From contig JBGAHS010000007.1 in NCBI GenBank assembly GCA_044226015.1, positions 64,001-128,000 on the forward strand: a stretch of DNA of 64,000 nt, written 5' to 3'. Under the pieces are notes generated by a model. The model did no database searches, was not told the origin of the DNA, and worked only from the letters and a program-made list of their open reading frames with translations. Of this stretch, positions 29,088 through 38,692 are shown in pieces. The stretch's first letter is position 1. Each line of letters starts with the position of its first letter. Position numbers and translations under genes: made by a program. The DNA comes from Candidatus Obscuribacteraceae bacterium (GTDB taxonomy: Bacteria > Cyanobacteriota > Vampirovibrionia > Obscuribacterales > Obscuribacteraceae).

Positions 29088-30569
29088 ATGCATCTGGCCT
29101 CTATCATTGGGAATAAAGCCTTTATGCAGTTGGCGACTAATCCAAAAATCATACTTCGTTACAAGGCGCGAGTTTCGCAGGAAGCCTTGCGCGATTTGCT
29201 AGCATTGTCGCCTGTATGGGGCGTGTGGTCGCTAGCCATGATTTATTTCGCTTTTGCTACTGCTGGCGAGCTAGATTTGCAAAGTTTGATTCAGGGAATT
29301 CTATTGCTTCTGACACCACTTTTTGCAATTTCTGTTTGTCTAAAAAATGAATTTGCTCTAGATGAAAATGGTATTGAGTTTCCGCTGTGGACATTGCTTC
29401 AGTTGAAGGGCAAGAGAAGGTTGGCTTGGAACCAAATAACTGCAGTCGAATTTCTTAGAGTCTCTGGTTCTACAATCGTTGTTTCTGAACAACCTGACCA
29501 TGTACGTTTGATTTTTGCTGATTCTAGCAGTCTGATGTTATCATTGCATTCCTTTACCAGCACTGACTTTCAGAACTTCATTATGGCGCTGCAGCTCTAT
29601 TTGCCAGCACATAAATTCAGTCCTGAATTGGGCTCACTAAAAGCCGATATTGCAGGGGGCAGCCTATCTCATCAAGCTCTTTCTTTCACCCAAATTTGGG
29701 AGGAAGACATGAGTGCGCGATTTGCGTCTACAGCTTTTGTTCCACTTGAAGCCGGATGCAAATTGAATGGTGGCAGATTCGAGATTGTCGGGCAGATTGC
29801 ATTCGGCGGGTTGTCAGCTATTTATTTGGCAAAAACAGCGGAGGGCATCTGTGTTTTGAAAGAAGCTGTCATTCCTGCTAACGCCGATGAAGAGACAAGC
29901 AAGAAATCTATCGAGTTATTCGCGCGCGAAGCGAAGTTATTGATGGGCTTGAGTCATCCAAAAATTGCTGCTGTGAAAGATCATTTCGTGGAGAACAATC
30001 ACCACTATCTTGCTCTGGAATATATCGACGGTATTGATTTACGCCGCTTCGTGCGTGAACGGGGACCACAATCCGAAGATGTTGTATTAAAATGGGCGAT
30101 TGAAATTGCTGAAATACTATCGTATCTGCACGGAAGAGAGCCGGCTGTCGTTCATCGTGACTTGAGCCCTGACAATCTCATGCTAGATGAACTCGGAAAT
30201 ATTGTGTTGATTGATTTCGGCGCAGCAAATGAGTTAGTCGGCACTGCAACTGGAACCTTGATTGGAAAACAATCGTACATATCTCCTGAGCAGTTTAGAG
30301 GCAAGGCGTGCACCTCAAGTGATTTGTATTCTTTGGGTGCTTGCATGTTTTATCTTTTGACCGGAGAAGACCCTGAGGCTCTGGCTGAAAGCCACCCTCG
30401 AGAGCACAACAATCAAATCTCTGAAGAGATGGATAGTTTGATTTCTAAGCTGACATCTCTTGATGTGAACAACAGATTTGCATCAGCAAATGACTTGATT
30501 GATGCTTGCAAGAGTTTGCTCAAAGAGAAGAAAACAATTCGTTTAGTGGAGGCAGAGAATGTCCACTAA
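29088..30569 (+). CDS. Membrane-anchored Ser/Thr protein kinase
   Basis: Two N-terminal TM segments; GGLSAIY, VLKE, HRDLSPDN, DFG, YISPEQ, SDLYSLG. Confidence 0.9.
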   Translation: MHLASIIGNKAFMQLATNPKIILRYKARVSQEALRDLLALSPVWGVWSLAMIYFAFATAGELDLQSLIQGILLLLTPLFAISVCLKNEFALDENGIEFPLWTLLQLKGKRRLAWNQITAVEFLRVSGSTIVVSEQPDHVRLIFADSSSLMLSLHSFTSTDFQNFIMALQLYLPAHKFSPELGSLKADIAGGSLSHQALSFTQIWEEDMSARFASTAFVPLEAGCKLNGGRFEIVGQIAFGGLSAIYLAKTAEGICVLKEAVIPANADEETSKKSIELFAREAKLLMGLSHPKIAAVKDHFVENNHHYLALEYIDGIDLRRFVRERGPQSEDVVLKWAIEIAEILSYLHGREPAVVHRDLSPDNLMLDELGNIVLIDFGAANELVGTATGTLIGKQSYISPEQFRGKACTSSDLYSLGACMFYLLTGEDPEALAESHPREHNNQISEEMDSLISKLTSLDVNNRFASANDLIDACKSLLKEKKTIRLVEAENVH

Positions 30570-32493
30570 AGAGTTTGGAAAGCAAGCGGAACCTTCAAAA
30601 ACGCAGGCACTGGATCGCTTCTTGATTCTCTGTCTGGTTCTTTTTTCTGCTTTCAACATTTTTTTGATGGTGCCGTCCGAGTTTCTAAACCAGGCTTTTC
30701 TTCCAGCGTACACATATGAATTTATTCAGCACTCTCTAAGTTCAATAGAGATGCCTTTTTTCTTTAATAGCATGATGCATTGGAGTTCGTCTGCGCTCTT
30801 GCTATTTGGTTTTTGCTCATTGTTTAGCGTGCTATTTTTGTTCAGGGCCGGCGCGGTTGTAAAACACTTGAGCGACTGTAGAGAAAGAGTCAAGGCACTA
30901 AATCTGGTGGCGGCTCTTGGTTTTCTGCCGATTAGTGTGCTTACCTTCGCTGCTTCTTTCATACTCTGGCATCGCTGGCAGGGTTATGCTGATTGGCTAC
31001 ATCGGTTCTATCTCAATGGCAACCTTTCTTTTTCGGGTTTGGTGGAGTCAGGTGGGGCGAGTTGGGCTTTCGATTTAGTAATTTTGATTTTTGTCTTTAT
31101 GTACCTGTACAGATTCTTGTGTCCTGAATTTGATTTTCAGGTTACTGACCAGGGCTTGTTAATAAGCGCCCAGAACAGATTCCTGGCACCTATTTTTGGA
31201 AACCGCTTGGTAATTTGGAGTGAAATCAAATCAGCTCGCATCAATACTAGAGCTGGAAAATCAGAGACCGTTGGTGTTGAATTGAATGATGGAGCTAAAT
31301 ACAGTTTCTCTGTTGATTCCATAAGAAAATTTCGACCTGTGGCTGAATTCATGCTGCTCTTAAAGAATAGATCTGGAGTTGAGTTTGATTATGCAACTGA
31401 GGAGAAGAACAGCGCTACAGCTGGTGATTATACTGAACTCTGGCTGCGGTATTTTTCGAGTCCTGAGAAACGTACAAGAAAGTCCAGTCTGTGCAAAGGT
31501 GATGAGGTTGGCGGAAGATTTAGCATAATCTCTACTCTGGGCCAGGGAGGGCAGGGCACCGCTTACCTTGCCCAAAGTATGTCGGCTGAGCAAAGCTCAG
31601 GGAGTGCCTGCGAAGCGCTTGTGCTAAAAGAGTACATTCTCCCGTTCCATCGAGGCGAGTCTGTATTTCGCGATAGCTTGAATAAACTACAGAAAGAAGC
31701 TGCGATTTTGTCGAGAATAAGGCACCCTAACATCGTGCAGTGCCGTGAATGTTTTGTGGATGATCACCGCGGCTACCTCGTACTGGAGTATCTTGAGGGT
31801 GAGGGGCTTAACGACTATGTTGCTCGCAATGGTGCGCTTTCTGAGCCTCAGGTTATCGAAATCATATTGCAAATTTGCAACGCTGTTGAGTACATGCACA
31901 CACTAGACCAGCGCATCATTCATCGTGACCTTACTCCAGACAACTGTATATTGCAAGAAACTGGTTGCGTCAAAATTGTTGATTTCAATGTAGCCCATCA
32001 ACTTGAAAGTTCAGCAACCAATACTGTAGTCGGGAAACACGCCTATATTCCGCCTGAACAATTCAGAGGCAAAGCAACTGAACAAAGTGATATCTATGCT
32101 ATCGGAGGAACAATGCATTTCCTTTTGACAGGTGCAAATCCTGAACCTATGTCTGTCTCCTCACCGCACAGTATAAAAAGTTCTGTTAGCGAAGAGTTGG
32201 ATGCAATTGTAAGAAAGGCTACAGCCCTTGAGGCGAAAGACCGTTATTCAACTGCATTCGAATTACGCGCTGCCTTGTTTGATCTTGCTCGAAAAAATGC
32301 TTACTACCTTTCTGAGCATGTTGAACCGGCTAAGTTTGCTACTGACGCGCCGGCTCAATTAATTGACGTCTCGTTCGATAGTCAGACTATTCAGCTTGAA
32401 ACAAGCAGCGAAGAGCTTATTGAAATTGGGTCGAAGCAGAACCCCGGTGCCGTAGAGTCAATCGCTGTCAGAGAGCCGCTCGAAGAGAAGTGA
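30559..32493 (+). CDS. Polytopic membrane Ser/Thr protein kinase
   Basis: About four TM segments; GQGGQGTAY, VLKE, HRDLTPDN, DFN (in place of DFG), YIPPEQ, SDIYAIG. Confidence 0.9.
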   Translation: MSTKEFGKQAEPSKTQALDRFLILCLVLFSAFNIFLMVPSEFLNQAFLPAYTYEFIQHSLSSIEMPFFFNSMMHWSSSALLLFGFCSLFSVLFLFRAGAVVKHLSDCRERVKALNLVAALGFLPISVLTFAASFILWHRWQGYADWLHRFYLNGNLSFSGLVESGGASWAFDLVILIFVFMYLYRFLCPEFDFQVTDQGLLISAQNRFLAPIFGNRLVIWSEIKSARINTRAGKSETVGVELNDGAKYSFSVDSIRKFRPVAEFMLLLKNRSGVEFDYATEEKNSATAGDYTELWLRYFSSPEKRTRKSSLCKGDEVGGRFSIISTLGQGGQGTAYLAQSMSAEQSSGSACEALVLKEYILPFHRGESVFRDSLNKLQKEAAILSRIRHPNIVQCRECFVDDHRGYLVLEYLEGEGLNDYVARNGALSEPQVIEIILQICNAVEYMHTLDQRIIHRDLTPDNCILQETGCVKIVDFNVAHQLESSATNTVVGKHAYIPPEQFRGKATEQSDIYAIGGTMHFLLTGANPEPMSVSSPHSIKSSVSEELDAIVRKATALEAKDRYSTAFELRAALFDLARKNAYYLSEHVEPAKFATDAPAQLIDVSFDSQTIQLETSSEELIEIGSKQNPGAVESIAVREPLEEK

Positions 32494-32521
32494 AGTATCC
32501 GCTTCTAAGAAAGATTCTTTT

Positions 32522-32658
32522 CAATAAAGTATCCACTCCAATAAAGTATCCACTTCAATAAAGTATCCACTCCAATAAAGTATCCACTCCAATAAAGTAT
32601 CCACTTCAATAGGGATCCGATTGAATAGGGATCCGATTGAATAGCGATCCACTTCAAT
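32522..32658. repeat. Intergenic tandem repeat: five 17-bp CAATAAAGTATCCACTY units plus three degenerate 16-bp units
   Basis: Units at 32522, 32539, 32556, 32573, 32590, then (C/G)AATAGGGATCCGATT-like units from 32607. Confidence 0.9.
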
Positions 32659-32673
32659 GATGGCAGAGCACAC

Positions 32674-33972
32674 TTAGAGGTTGCTGACTGACTTATTCAA
32701 TTTAACGACCCTCAGGCAGTTTTCCGCAGAGTGCGAAGAAGTCTGAAGTTTAGTCAGCTTGGATAGAGCGAGGCTAGTCTTGCTTCGCGCTCCTGACTGC
32801 TCTTCCACAAACTTCAGGTCTTTGCCTGGGACGTTCGAATAGGACATACTGCACATCAGGTCTACTGGAATCTTATGCCCTATCACTCCACTATCTAAGT
32901 TGGTGAAATCGATAGTTTGCATGCGCTTCTTAAGAGTGCTAAAAAGCTCTGGCTGCGCGTTATCCGTCTTTTCAGCAAGCGGAGTTTGTTTTTCGCTTCC
33001 CTGCAAAGCTGTTTTTGCAACATTTGCCAGATTGTCAGCGCATTCACCAAATCTGGCGTAGCCTCCATGCACCATCTGCGACAGCGCCAGCGCTTTGTCA
33101 CGCTGCGACATGTACAATCGCACGGTTGTGGTGCCTTCCGCAGCGAGGTATCGGCGGGCATAATGCTTAACCAATCCTCCATCCACATCAGGACATATCA
33201 GCGCAACTTCCTTGATGAACGACTTTCCACACAACACAGCCATGCCACGAACAATCAGTCGCGTGCCCATAGAATGGGCGAACAGTCGGAGTTTCAACTG
33301 TGGGTCGGCCTCGCAGATTTCTTGCATCTTCATCCCTACGTCGTTGAAGTGTTCCTGGCTCCACTCATTGTTGTTTTCATCAGAGTTGTAGGAACGCAGC
33401 TTTGCTACCGAAGGCCACGAGTAGAGAACCACGGGACTTTCGTACGCGTAGGAGAACCTGCCGGCAGTACGAAATGCGGCATCGAATGTGTTTTTGTATC
33501 CGTGTGCGAAGAGCACAATTTCTTTACGAGAGGTCTTAAGCGCTGTTTCTCGTAGTTTTGAGTAAAATGTTGATTGAACTGTAGCAAAGTCTTTGGCATC
33601 AATTGTTCGAACTACTGTTTCGCCTTCCTTGTCGGTAGGAGAAGCCGGTGCCCAGCCTTGTTCGGTGAGTTCTGAGCTGAGCGATTTTCCGGTGGCATTC
33701 TTTATGACGCAATATCCCACGCCCATAAAGGGGTCATGCAAGCAGTCACCGATATGTTTTCGATGAGGACCAAAAACTGCTCCTTTGTCCTTCGAATCGG
33801 TTTCGAGGTTTCGATCTGTCACAAAATAGACAGGTACGCGAACCATGTCGGGAACAACGGGTTCTGCTATTGCATTACAGAAAACAAAACTCAAGGCAAC
33901 GAAGGCGAGTAGCGCGACAAAGTGCAAGTAGATATGCCTATTTTTCATTTCCATTAAGACCCACGATTTCAA
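32674..33972 (-). CDS. Alpha/beta hydrolase (DUF900 family)
   Basis: VYFVTDR, LFAHGYKN, YSWPS, nucleophile elbow AHSMG, DKALALS; N-terminal hydrophobic segment. Confidence 0.85.
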   Translation of the reverse strand: MKSWVLMEMKNRHIYLHFVALLAFVALSFVFCNAIAEPVVPDMVRVPVYFVTDRNLETDSKDKGAVFGPHRKHIGDCLHDPFMGVGYCVIKNATGKSLSSELTEQGWAPASPTDKEGETVVRTIDAKDFATVQSTFYSKLRETALKTSRKEIVLFAHGYKNTFDAAFRTAGRFSYAYESPVVLYSWPSVAKLRSYNSDENNNEWSQEHFNDVGMKMQEICEADPQLKLRLFAHSMGTRLIVRGMAVLCGKSFIKEVALICPDVDGGLVKHYARRYLAAEGTTTVRLYMSQRDKALALSQMVHGGYARFGECADNLANVAKTALQGSEKQTPLAEKTDNAQPELFSTLKKRMQTIDFTNLDSGVIGHKIPVDLMCSMSYSNVPGKDLKFVEEQSGARSKTSLALSKLTKLQTSSHSAENCLRVVKLNKSVSNL

Positions 33973-34226
33973 GAAGCTTTGGGATCTTAGCTGATTCAGG
34001 AGGTTGTCACGTTATGCCGAAATAATCCAGAAATGGGCACAATGCAAACCTGAAGGACAGTTTTGGCTTGCAGTAAGGAGTCTGGCGGATATCTAAAATG
34101 TATAGAGGCGATATGATAGGAATCGGAATGTCCGTTAAGCACGAGTCTGCGAATCGCCAGTGTCTATTCAGTACAATACGCAACCCATCATCACTGGAAA
34201 TCTCGAGTTGGAATGTTTTGAACGAG

Positions 34227-34793
34227 CTATTGGGGCTGCCAATTTTGGTTCGTCAGCGAGGTCATTACGTGGTCTTGCCATTTGCCTGCAAGATACAAAT
34301 ATTCGCGAGCAAACCCTTCCTCGACAAATCCGAGGCGCTGTAAGACCTTTGCGCTGCGGTCATTGCCAGGAATGTAATTCGCCATCAGTCTGTGCAAGTT
34401 CATGTCATTGAACGCAAAATTTATGGTTTCGACAAGAACTTCATGCATGTATCCGTGCCCTTCTTTTGCTTTTGCAAGACCATAACCGAGATAGCAAAAC
34501 TGCGCAGCACCGCGCAGAATTCCGCTCAAGCTGACGTTTCCGATGGGCACCGGGTTGTCTCTTTCAAACACAAACATTCGCGCTGAAATATCTCGTTCGA
34601 ACTCCAAACGATTTTTTTGAATCTGCGCGGTCCAAAATTCGCCTGTCAAAAAATTGTCTGGCCACACCGGACCCCAGGGTCCAAAGTGCTCTTTGTTGCT
34701 TCCATAAAAATCTATTGCTGCACTTTCTTCGCCATTCTCTAGTAACCTGACAATGCAGCGTTCACTCTGTATAAACGGAAAGGCGCGCAGCAT
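34227..34793 (-). CDS. RimJ/RimL-family GNAT N-acetyltransferase
   Basis: CYLGYGL...GHGYMHE...LHRLMANYIPGNDRSAKVLQRLGFVEEG...WQDHV. Confidence 0.9.
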   Translation of the reverse strand: MLRAFPFIQSERCIVRLLENGEESAAIDFYGSNKEHFGPWGPVWPDNFLTGEFWTAQIQKNRLEFERDISARMFVFERDNPVPIGNVSLSGILRGAAQFCYLGYGLAKAKEGHGYMHEVLVETINFAFNDMNLHRLMANYIPGNDRSAKVLQRLGFVEEGFAREYLYLAGKWQDHVMTSLTNQNWQPQ

Positions 34794-35046
34794 CAGCGAA
34801 GGAATAGTGCTGGAAGCAAGGATGCAAGAAAGCTAAGTATCATGATCCAAATCACGACTTTATAGTTTTTCTTGAAAAACTCTATCATGGCTGCCTCGGG
34901 AAACAAGAATAAGCTCATTCTATAACAATTTGTGCTAACCATGGTTGCCATGAGGGCGCTTGGGTAATACATCTGCCTAAATAATGGCTAGCACTTGCCT
35001 AAATTTTATTTTGTTCAAGTTACCTTTGAAGTTAGAGGGAGAGAAT

Positions 35047-35493
35047 ATGAAAACTTTGAAGTCTTGTTTGTTGCTTATGCTTGCCGTCGGCTTGACGTTT
35101 GTGCCTCTGGCAAATGCAGACGAGCTTGGACCAAAAGAAACCTATCAAAAGTACAAAGTAGCCTTAGATGCAGCTAGCAAGATTGAAGACCTCAGCCAGT
35201 TTCTTGCAAAGCATGTAAATGATGAGATTGCAAAAACTCCAGCTGATATGAAACCTATGATGTTTGGTTTTATGAAAGAGACTGCACCGCATGCGGTGCA
35301 AATTCTAAAAGAAACTGTAAACGGAAACGAAGCTGTTTTGACTCTGAGCGCCAAAACCGAGCCCGACAAAATCAATGGTGAAAAAGTAAAAGAACAAACC
35401 ACTGGAACTTGCAAATTATTGAAGGAATCTGGTTCCTGGAAAATAGATAAAGAGTCTTGGAACAGCAAGGTTGAAATTGGTGGAACGCACTGA
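35047..35493 (+). CDS. Secreted hypothetical protein (possible NTF2-like fold)
   Basis: Signal peptide ending ANA; C-terminal LLKESGSWKI; ATG at 35047 with GGGAG RBS. Confidence 0.7.
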   Translation: MKTLKSCLLLMLAVGLTFVPLANADELGPKETYQKYKVALDAASKIEDLSQFLAKHVNDEIAKTPADMKPMMFGFMKETAPHAVQILKETVNGNEAVLTLSAKTEPDKINGEKVKEQTTGTCKLLKESGSWKIDKESWNSKVEIGGTH

Positions 35494-35556
35494 TTGATTG
35501 TGTTATCGCCGTGGCACTAAAACTATGTGCACTAATTCGGCGGAGTTGCGCTAAGA

Positions 35557-37341
35557 ATGGCGGCAAAATTCAAGGGTAGCAAGAACTGCAAAGTATTGCT
35601 TGCCGCGGGTTTATCCCTTCTGATGGGTCTTAACTTGTCCTCGACAGTCTGCGCTGCCGTTCAGGAAACCGATGACGAGAGGGCAATTGTAGAGAAAATT
35701 CTCGGAACCAAGAAAATTCCCAAAGAGGAAATGCTTCTTTGGCTGGTGTTTTTGAATGAGATTGAAGGGAATTACTCAACATTTCTGCGCTTGGAAGAGC
35801 TTCAGAAATACTACGAGGAGCACAAGTCCAACAAGACCCCCTATCGTAAGGGGTGGTGTGCTGCAAAACTGGCTCACTTCTATTTCTTGAAGGGTTACAA
35901 GCAGAAAGCCGCAGCTCAATGCACTGTTGCTCTTAGCCTGCTGAAAAAAATGCCTGACCCTGCGCGACCTGATGCCACGTTTTTCTACAGAAAGGGGTTA
36001 GAGTCGCTTTATCCGGTACTGTACAAGTTGCGCAGATTTAAGGAGGGCATCGACGCTAAAGTGGCTTATGACGATGCGATTAAATACCTCGGCAAACCTG
36101 AAGCTCGCATTTATGGCTGGTTTGGTATTGAAGCTTATTTGAGAGGCGATAACAAGGAAGCGCTTGGCTATTGTGATGAGTCGCAAAAGGCAGACCCCAA
36201 ATATTGCTATCCGCATTTTCTCCGTGCCATGGTTCATTTAGAAGAAGACCGTAGCGAGCGGGCAAGAACTGAGCTATACAGAGCATTGCAAAAGTCGCCA
36301 TTCTTTCCCAGTGCTTACGTCTTTCTTGCTTTCGTCGAGCTGCGGCAAGAACACAGAGATGCTGCAAAGAAATGGTTGGAGCGGAGCCTGTCTCAAGAAC
36401 CGAATGAGCTGGCCTATTTTATTTCGGGCATACTCAAAGCGCAAGAGAAAGACTATGTAGGGGCTGCTGATTATCTAGAGAAATCCGAAGCAGAAATACA
36501 ATATTGGTTTGTTAATGCTGCGCGAGGTGAATGTCTTCTTGAGCTGAGGCGCTACGATGAAGCTATCAAAGAATTTACTTTAGCGATCAGCAGAGCCGAA
36601 AAGAAAGATAGCAAAACGCGCGCGATACTTCATTTTGAAAGAGCTGTTGCCACCGAAAATGGTGGCGATAAGGAAAAAGCGCTGCCCGATCTCGACAAGG
36701 CTATTGAACTTGACCCTTCGAATAAAGAGCTTTTCAAACAACGTGGTGTCTTGCGTTTGGCACTCGGCGATCAAAAGGGCACTTCGGATTACGACGAATA
36801 CTCTCGGCTCGTTTTGGCTGATGAAAACTCTAGCATCTCATCAAAGGAGGGACGACAGAATGTCGTAACTGGCCAAATCATAAAAGGTAAACAAAGAAAG
36901 GGAACGGCAACTGTAGCTGCTAAACCGAGCTGGATAAGTGGCGAGGCAAGTCCGTCAAAGGACGCTGCAGCAGAGGGTTCTTCCACAGCAAATGAGAAGG
37001 ACAAGCGAACTGATTTTGAGAAAAAATTGACTGAGGCGGTTGCTGCCAGCACAAAGGGCAAGTCGGCAGCAGAAAAACCTGCTGCCTTGCGTGATCCATA
37101 TCTGATTTATTTCGAGAATAAGTTATTGCAGGTTGGGCTGCGCAAACCAGGCTTGGAAGCTGTAAAAGGCACCGTCAAAATTGAGTCAGATGGGGTTCCC
37201 ATCGTAGACTCGCAACCTTTGCTTAGAGACCTCGTCAATCGAGCTGCTCCATTTAAGCCTCTTCCAGAAGGTCATTCAGAGCTGCTTGTAGAGTTTTCTC
37301 CTTCCGACGGCACCGTAAAAGTTGAATTTCCTGCGCCTTAG
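35557..37341 (+). CDS. Secreted tetratricopeptide repeat protein
   Basis: Signal-like N-terminus; TPR motifs such as ARGECLLELRRYDEAIKEFTLAI and ALPDLDKAIELDPSN. Confidence 0.85.
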   Translation: MAAKFKGSKNCKVLLAAGLSLLMGLNLSSTVCAAVQETDDERAIVEKILGTKKIPKEEMLLWLVFLNEIEGNYSTFLRLEELQKYYEEHKSNKTPYRKGWCAAKLAHFYFLKGYKQKAAAQCTVALSLLKKMPDPARPDATFFYRKGLESLYPVLYKLRRFKEGIDAKVAYDDAIKYLGKPEARIYGWFGIEAYLRGDNKEALGYCDESQKADPKYCYPHFLRAMVHLEEDRSERARTELYRALQKSPFFPSAYVFLAFVELRQEHRDAAKKWLERSLSQEPNELAYFISGILKAQEKDYVGAADYLEKSEAEIQYWFVNAARGECLLELRRYDEAIKEFTLAISRAEKKDSKTRAILHFERAVATENGGDKEKALPDLDKAIELDPSNKELFKQRGVLRLALGDQKGTSDYDEYSRLVLADENSSISSKEGRQNVVTGQIIKGKQRKGTATVAAKPSWISGEASPSKDAAAEGSSTANEKDKRTDFEKKLTEAVAASTKGKSAAEKPAALRDPYLIYFENKLLQVGLRKPGLEAVKGTVKIESDGVPIVDSQPLLRDLVNRAAPFKPLPEGHSELLVEFSPSDGTVKVEFPAP

Positions 37342-37672
37342 TTTCGTGCATGGTTGCTATCTTCTGCTGGTAGAAGGATTACAGAAGCAAATCCGGTTCA
37401 AGAAATCACCTACAATACTGACGGAAGCAAGCATCTTAAGAAATTTGAAAACGGTATTCCATCTGGGAAGTTAACTGCTTTTGGTGACTTGGTGCCGCGT
37501 TCTCTCCTACAGCGCATACTATGAAAAGGGAAATGAGCTTTCGGTGCTCAGCCCCAGAAGACTAAGCGGTACAGCGCACTACCAAATGCGCAAATTAGCA
37601 TGGGGAGCGACGCAGAAAATAAACATTGCTCAGTTAAAATTCGAGAGGTGGATACGACAGCGCAATTTTTGA
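37342..37672 (+). pseudogene. Possible frameshifted MORN-variant/YwqK-like gene remnant
   Basis: Adjacent frames read EITYNTDGSKH..KFENGIPSGKLTAF and SYSAYYEKGNE; no proper start. Confidence 0.2.
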
Positions 37673-37726
37673 AACTACCAGTACCGCCAATGACTGGCGC
37701 TTCAATCCAATTTGGTTTAGGTCACA

Positions 37727-37996
37727 CTACTTCTTTCGATCAAATTCCTCGTACGCAGGCCTATCGTTGCGATTTCCAACAACAGTTATGTACAAAGTTT
37801 CGTTGTCAAATTTGTAAATTACCCTGAACTCGCCGACATCTTTCCTATAATGAGAACCGTTTCCAATCGAAATTGAATCGACAGGTCGCGGCTCGTCACA
37901 CAGGCTAGTTATTGCTTGCAGTATTTGCAAGAATTGCTTGCTATCGCGCTTTTTCCAAAAGCGCAGTGCATCATTAGTCAGATTTGGTTTCAGCAT
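37727..37996 (-). CDS. Type II toxin, RelE/ParE family
   Basis: 89 aa; PRPVDS...YRKDVGEFRVIY...VVGNRNDRPAY; overlaps the antitoxin. Confidence 0.85.
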   Translation of the reverse strand: MLKPNLTNDALRFWKKRDSKQFLQILQAITSLCDEPRPVDSISIGNGSHYRKDVGEFRVIYKFDNETLYITVVGNRNDRPAYEEFDRKK

Positions 37997-38243
37997 TACC
38001 CTTTAGCATCTCTTTGAAGAAGGCTGTTGTAGCCTCAGTTCCGATGTAACCACTGTTTTCGGCCGCTTCCACCCGAGCCAACCAATAGTCGTTCTCAAGC
38101 TTAGTCAACCGCTCGTAATCGGCATGCGGGATGATGACAGCAACAGCACGACCATTTTTCTCGATGGTGACGGGCTCTTTTTGAGCCGCATCAAGCGTTT
38201 CACCGGCTTTGGTTCTCAACTCAGTTGCAGTAATAGTTTTCAT
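37974..38243 (-). CDS. Type II antitoxin, Phd/YefM family
   Basis: MKTITATELRTKAGETLDAAQKEPVTIEKNGRAVAVII; ATG at 38243 with GAGG RBS. Confidence 0.9.
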   Translation of the reverse strand: MKTITATELRTKAGETLDAAQKEPVTIEKNGRAVAVIIPHADYERLTKLENDYWLARVEAAENSGYIGTEATTAFFKEMLKGNAETKSD

Positions 38244-38289
38244 AGCGCAATGCCTCAATTTCAACAAATTCATTAGTTAAGTTAATTAG

Positions 38290-38411
38290 ATTCAGTCGAT
38301 TCAATGGTTTCAGTTAATTCAATTCAAATTCAGTCGATTCAATGGTTCTATAAATTCAATAAAGTTCAAGATTTCAATTAATTCAATGTAGATTCAGTCA
38401 ATTCAACGGTT
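38290..38411. repeat. Three 20-bp direct repeats ATTCAGTCRATTCAAYGGTT in an AT-rich TTCAA-rich tract upstream of the antitoxin
   Basis: Copies at 38290, 38328 and 38392. Confidence 0.8.
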
Positions 38412-38692
38412 TCATATGGTTTTTAGATAAAAACGCAATTTATACAAATTGCTCACTATGTATATTCTACACATTTTGTACAAAGTAGTCAATGTGGACG
38501 AATTGTTGACCTGAAGCTTAATGACCGAAGCAGCACATTGTGTCTTTAGCATTTCGTTCCAAACTCTTGGTTCTGACACTCTCAAAAGCTTTGAGAGTGT
38601 CTTGCACTTTTCTAGAAGGGTAACAAATGAGAAGTCTCTCTTCGAGGCGTCGATGCTCATGTTGACTTGATTGCGGAATGCAACGTCCGCAA

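Noticed and set aside
32522..32658. CRISPR array or replication origin
   Set aside because: Units are 17 bp and contiguous; the DnaA-box match has two mismatches; no dnaA or rep gene nearby.
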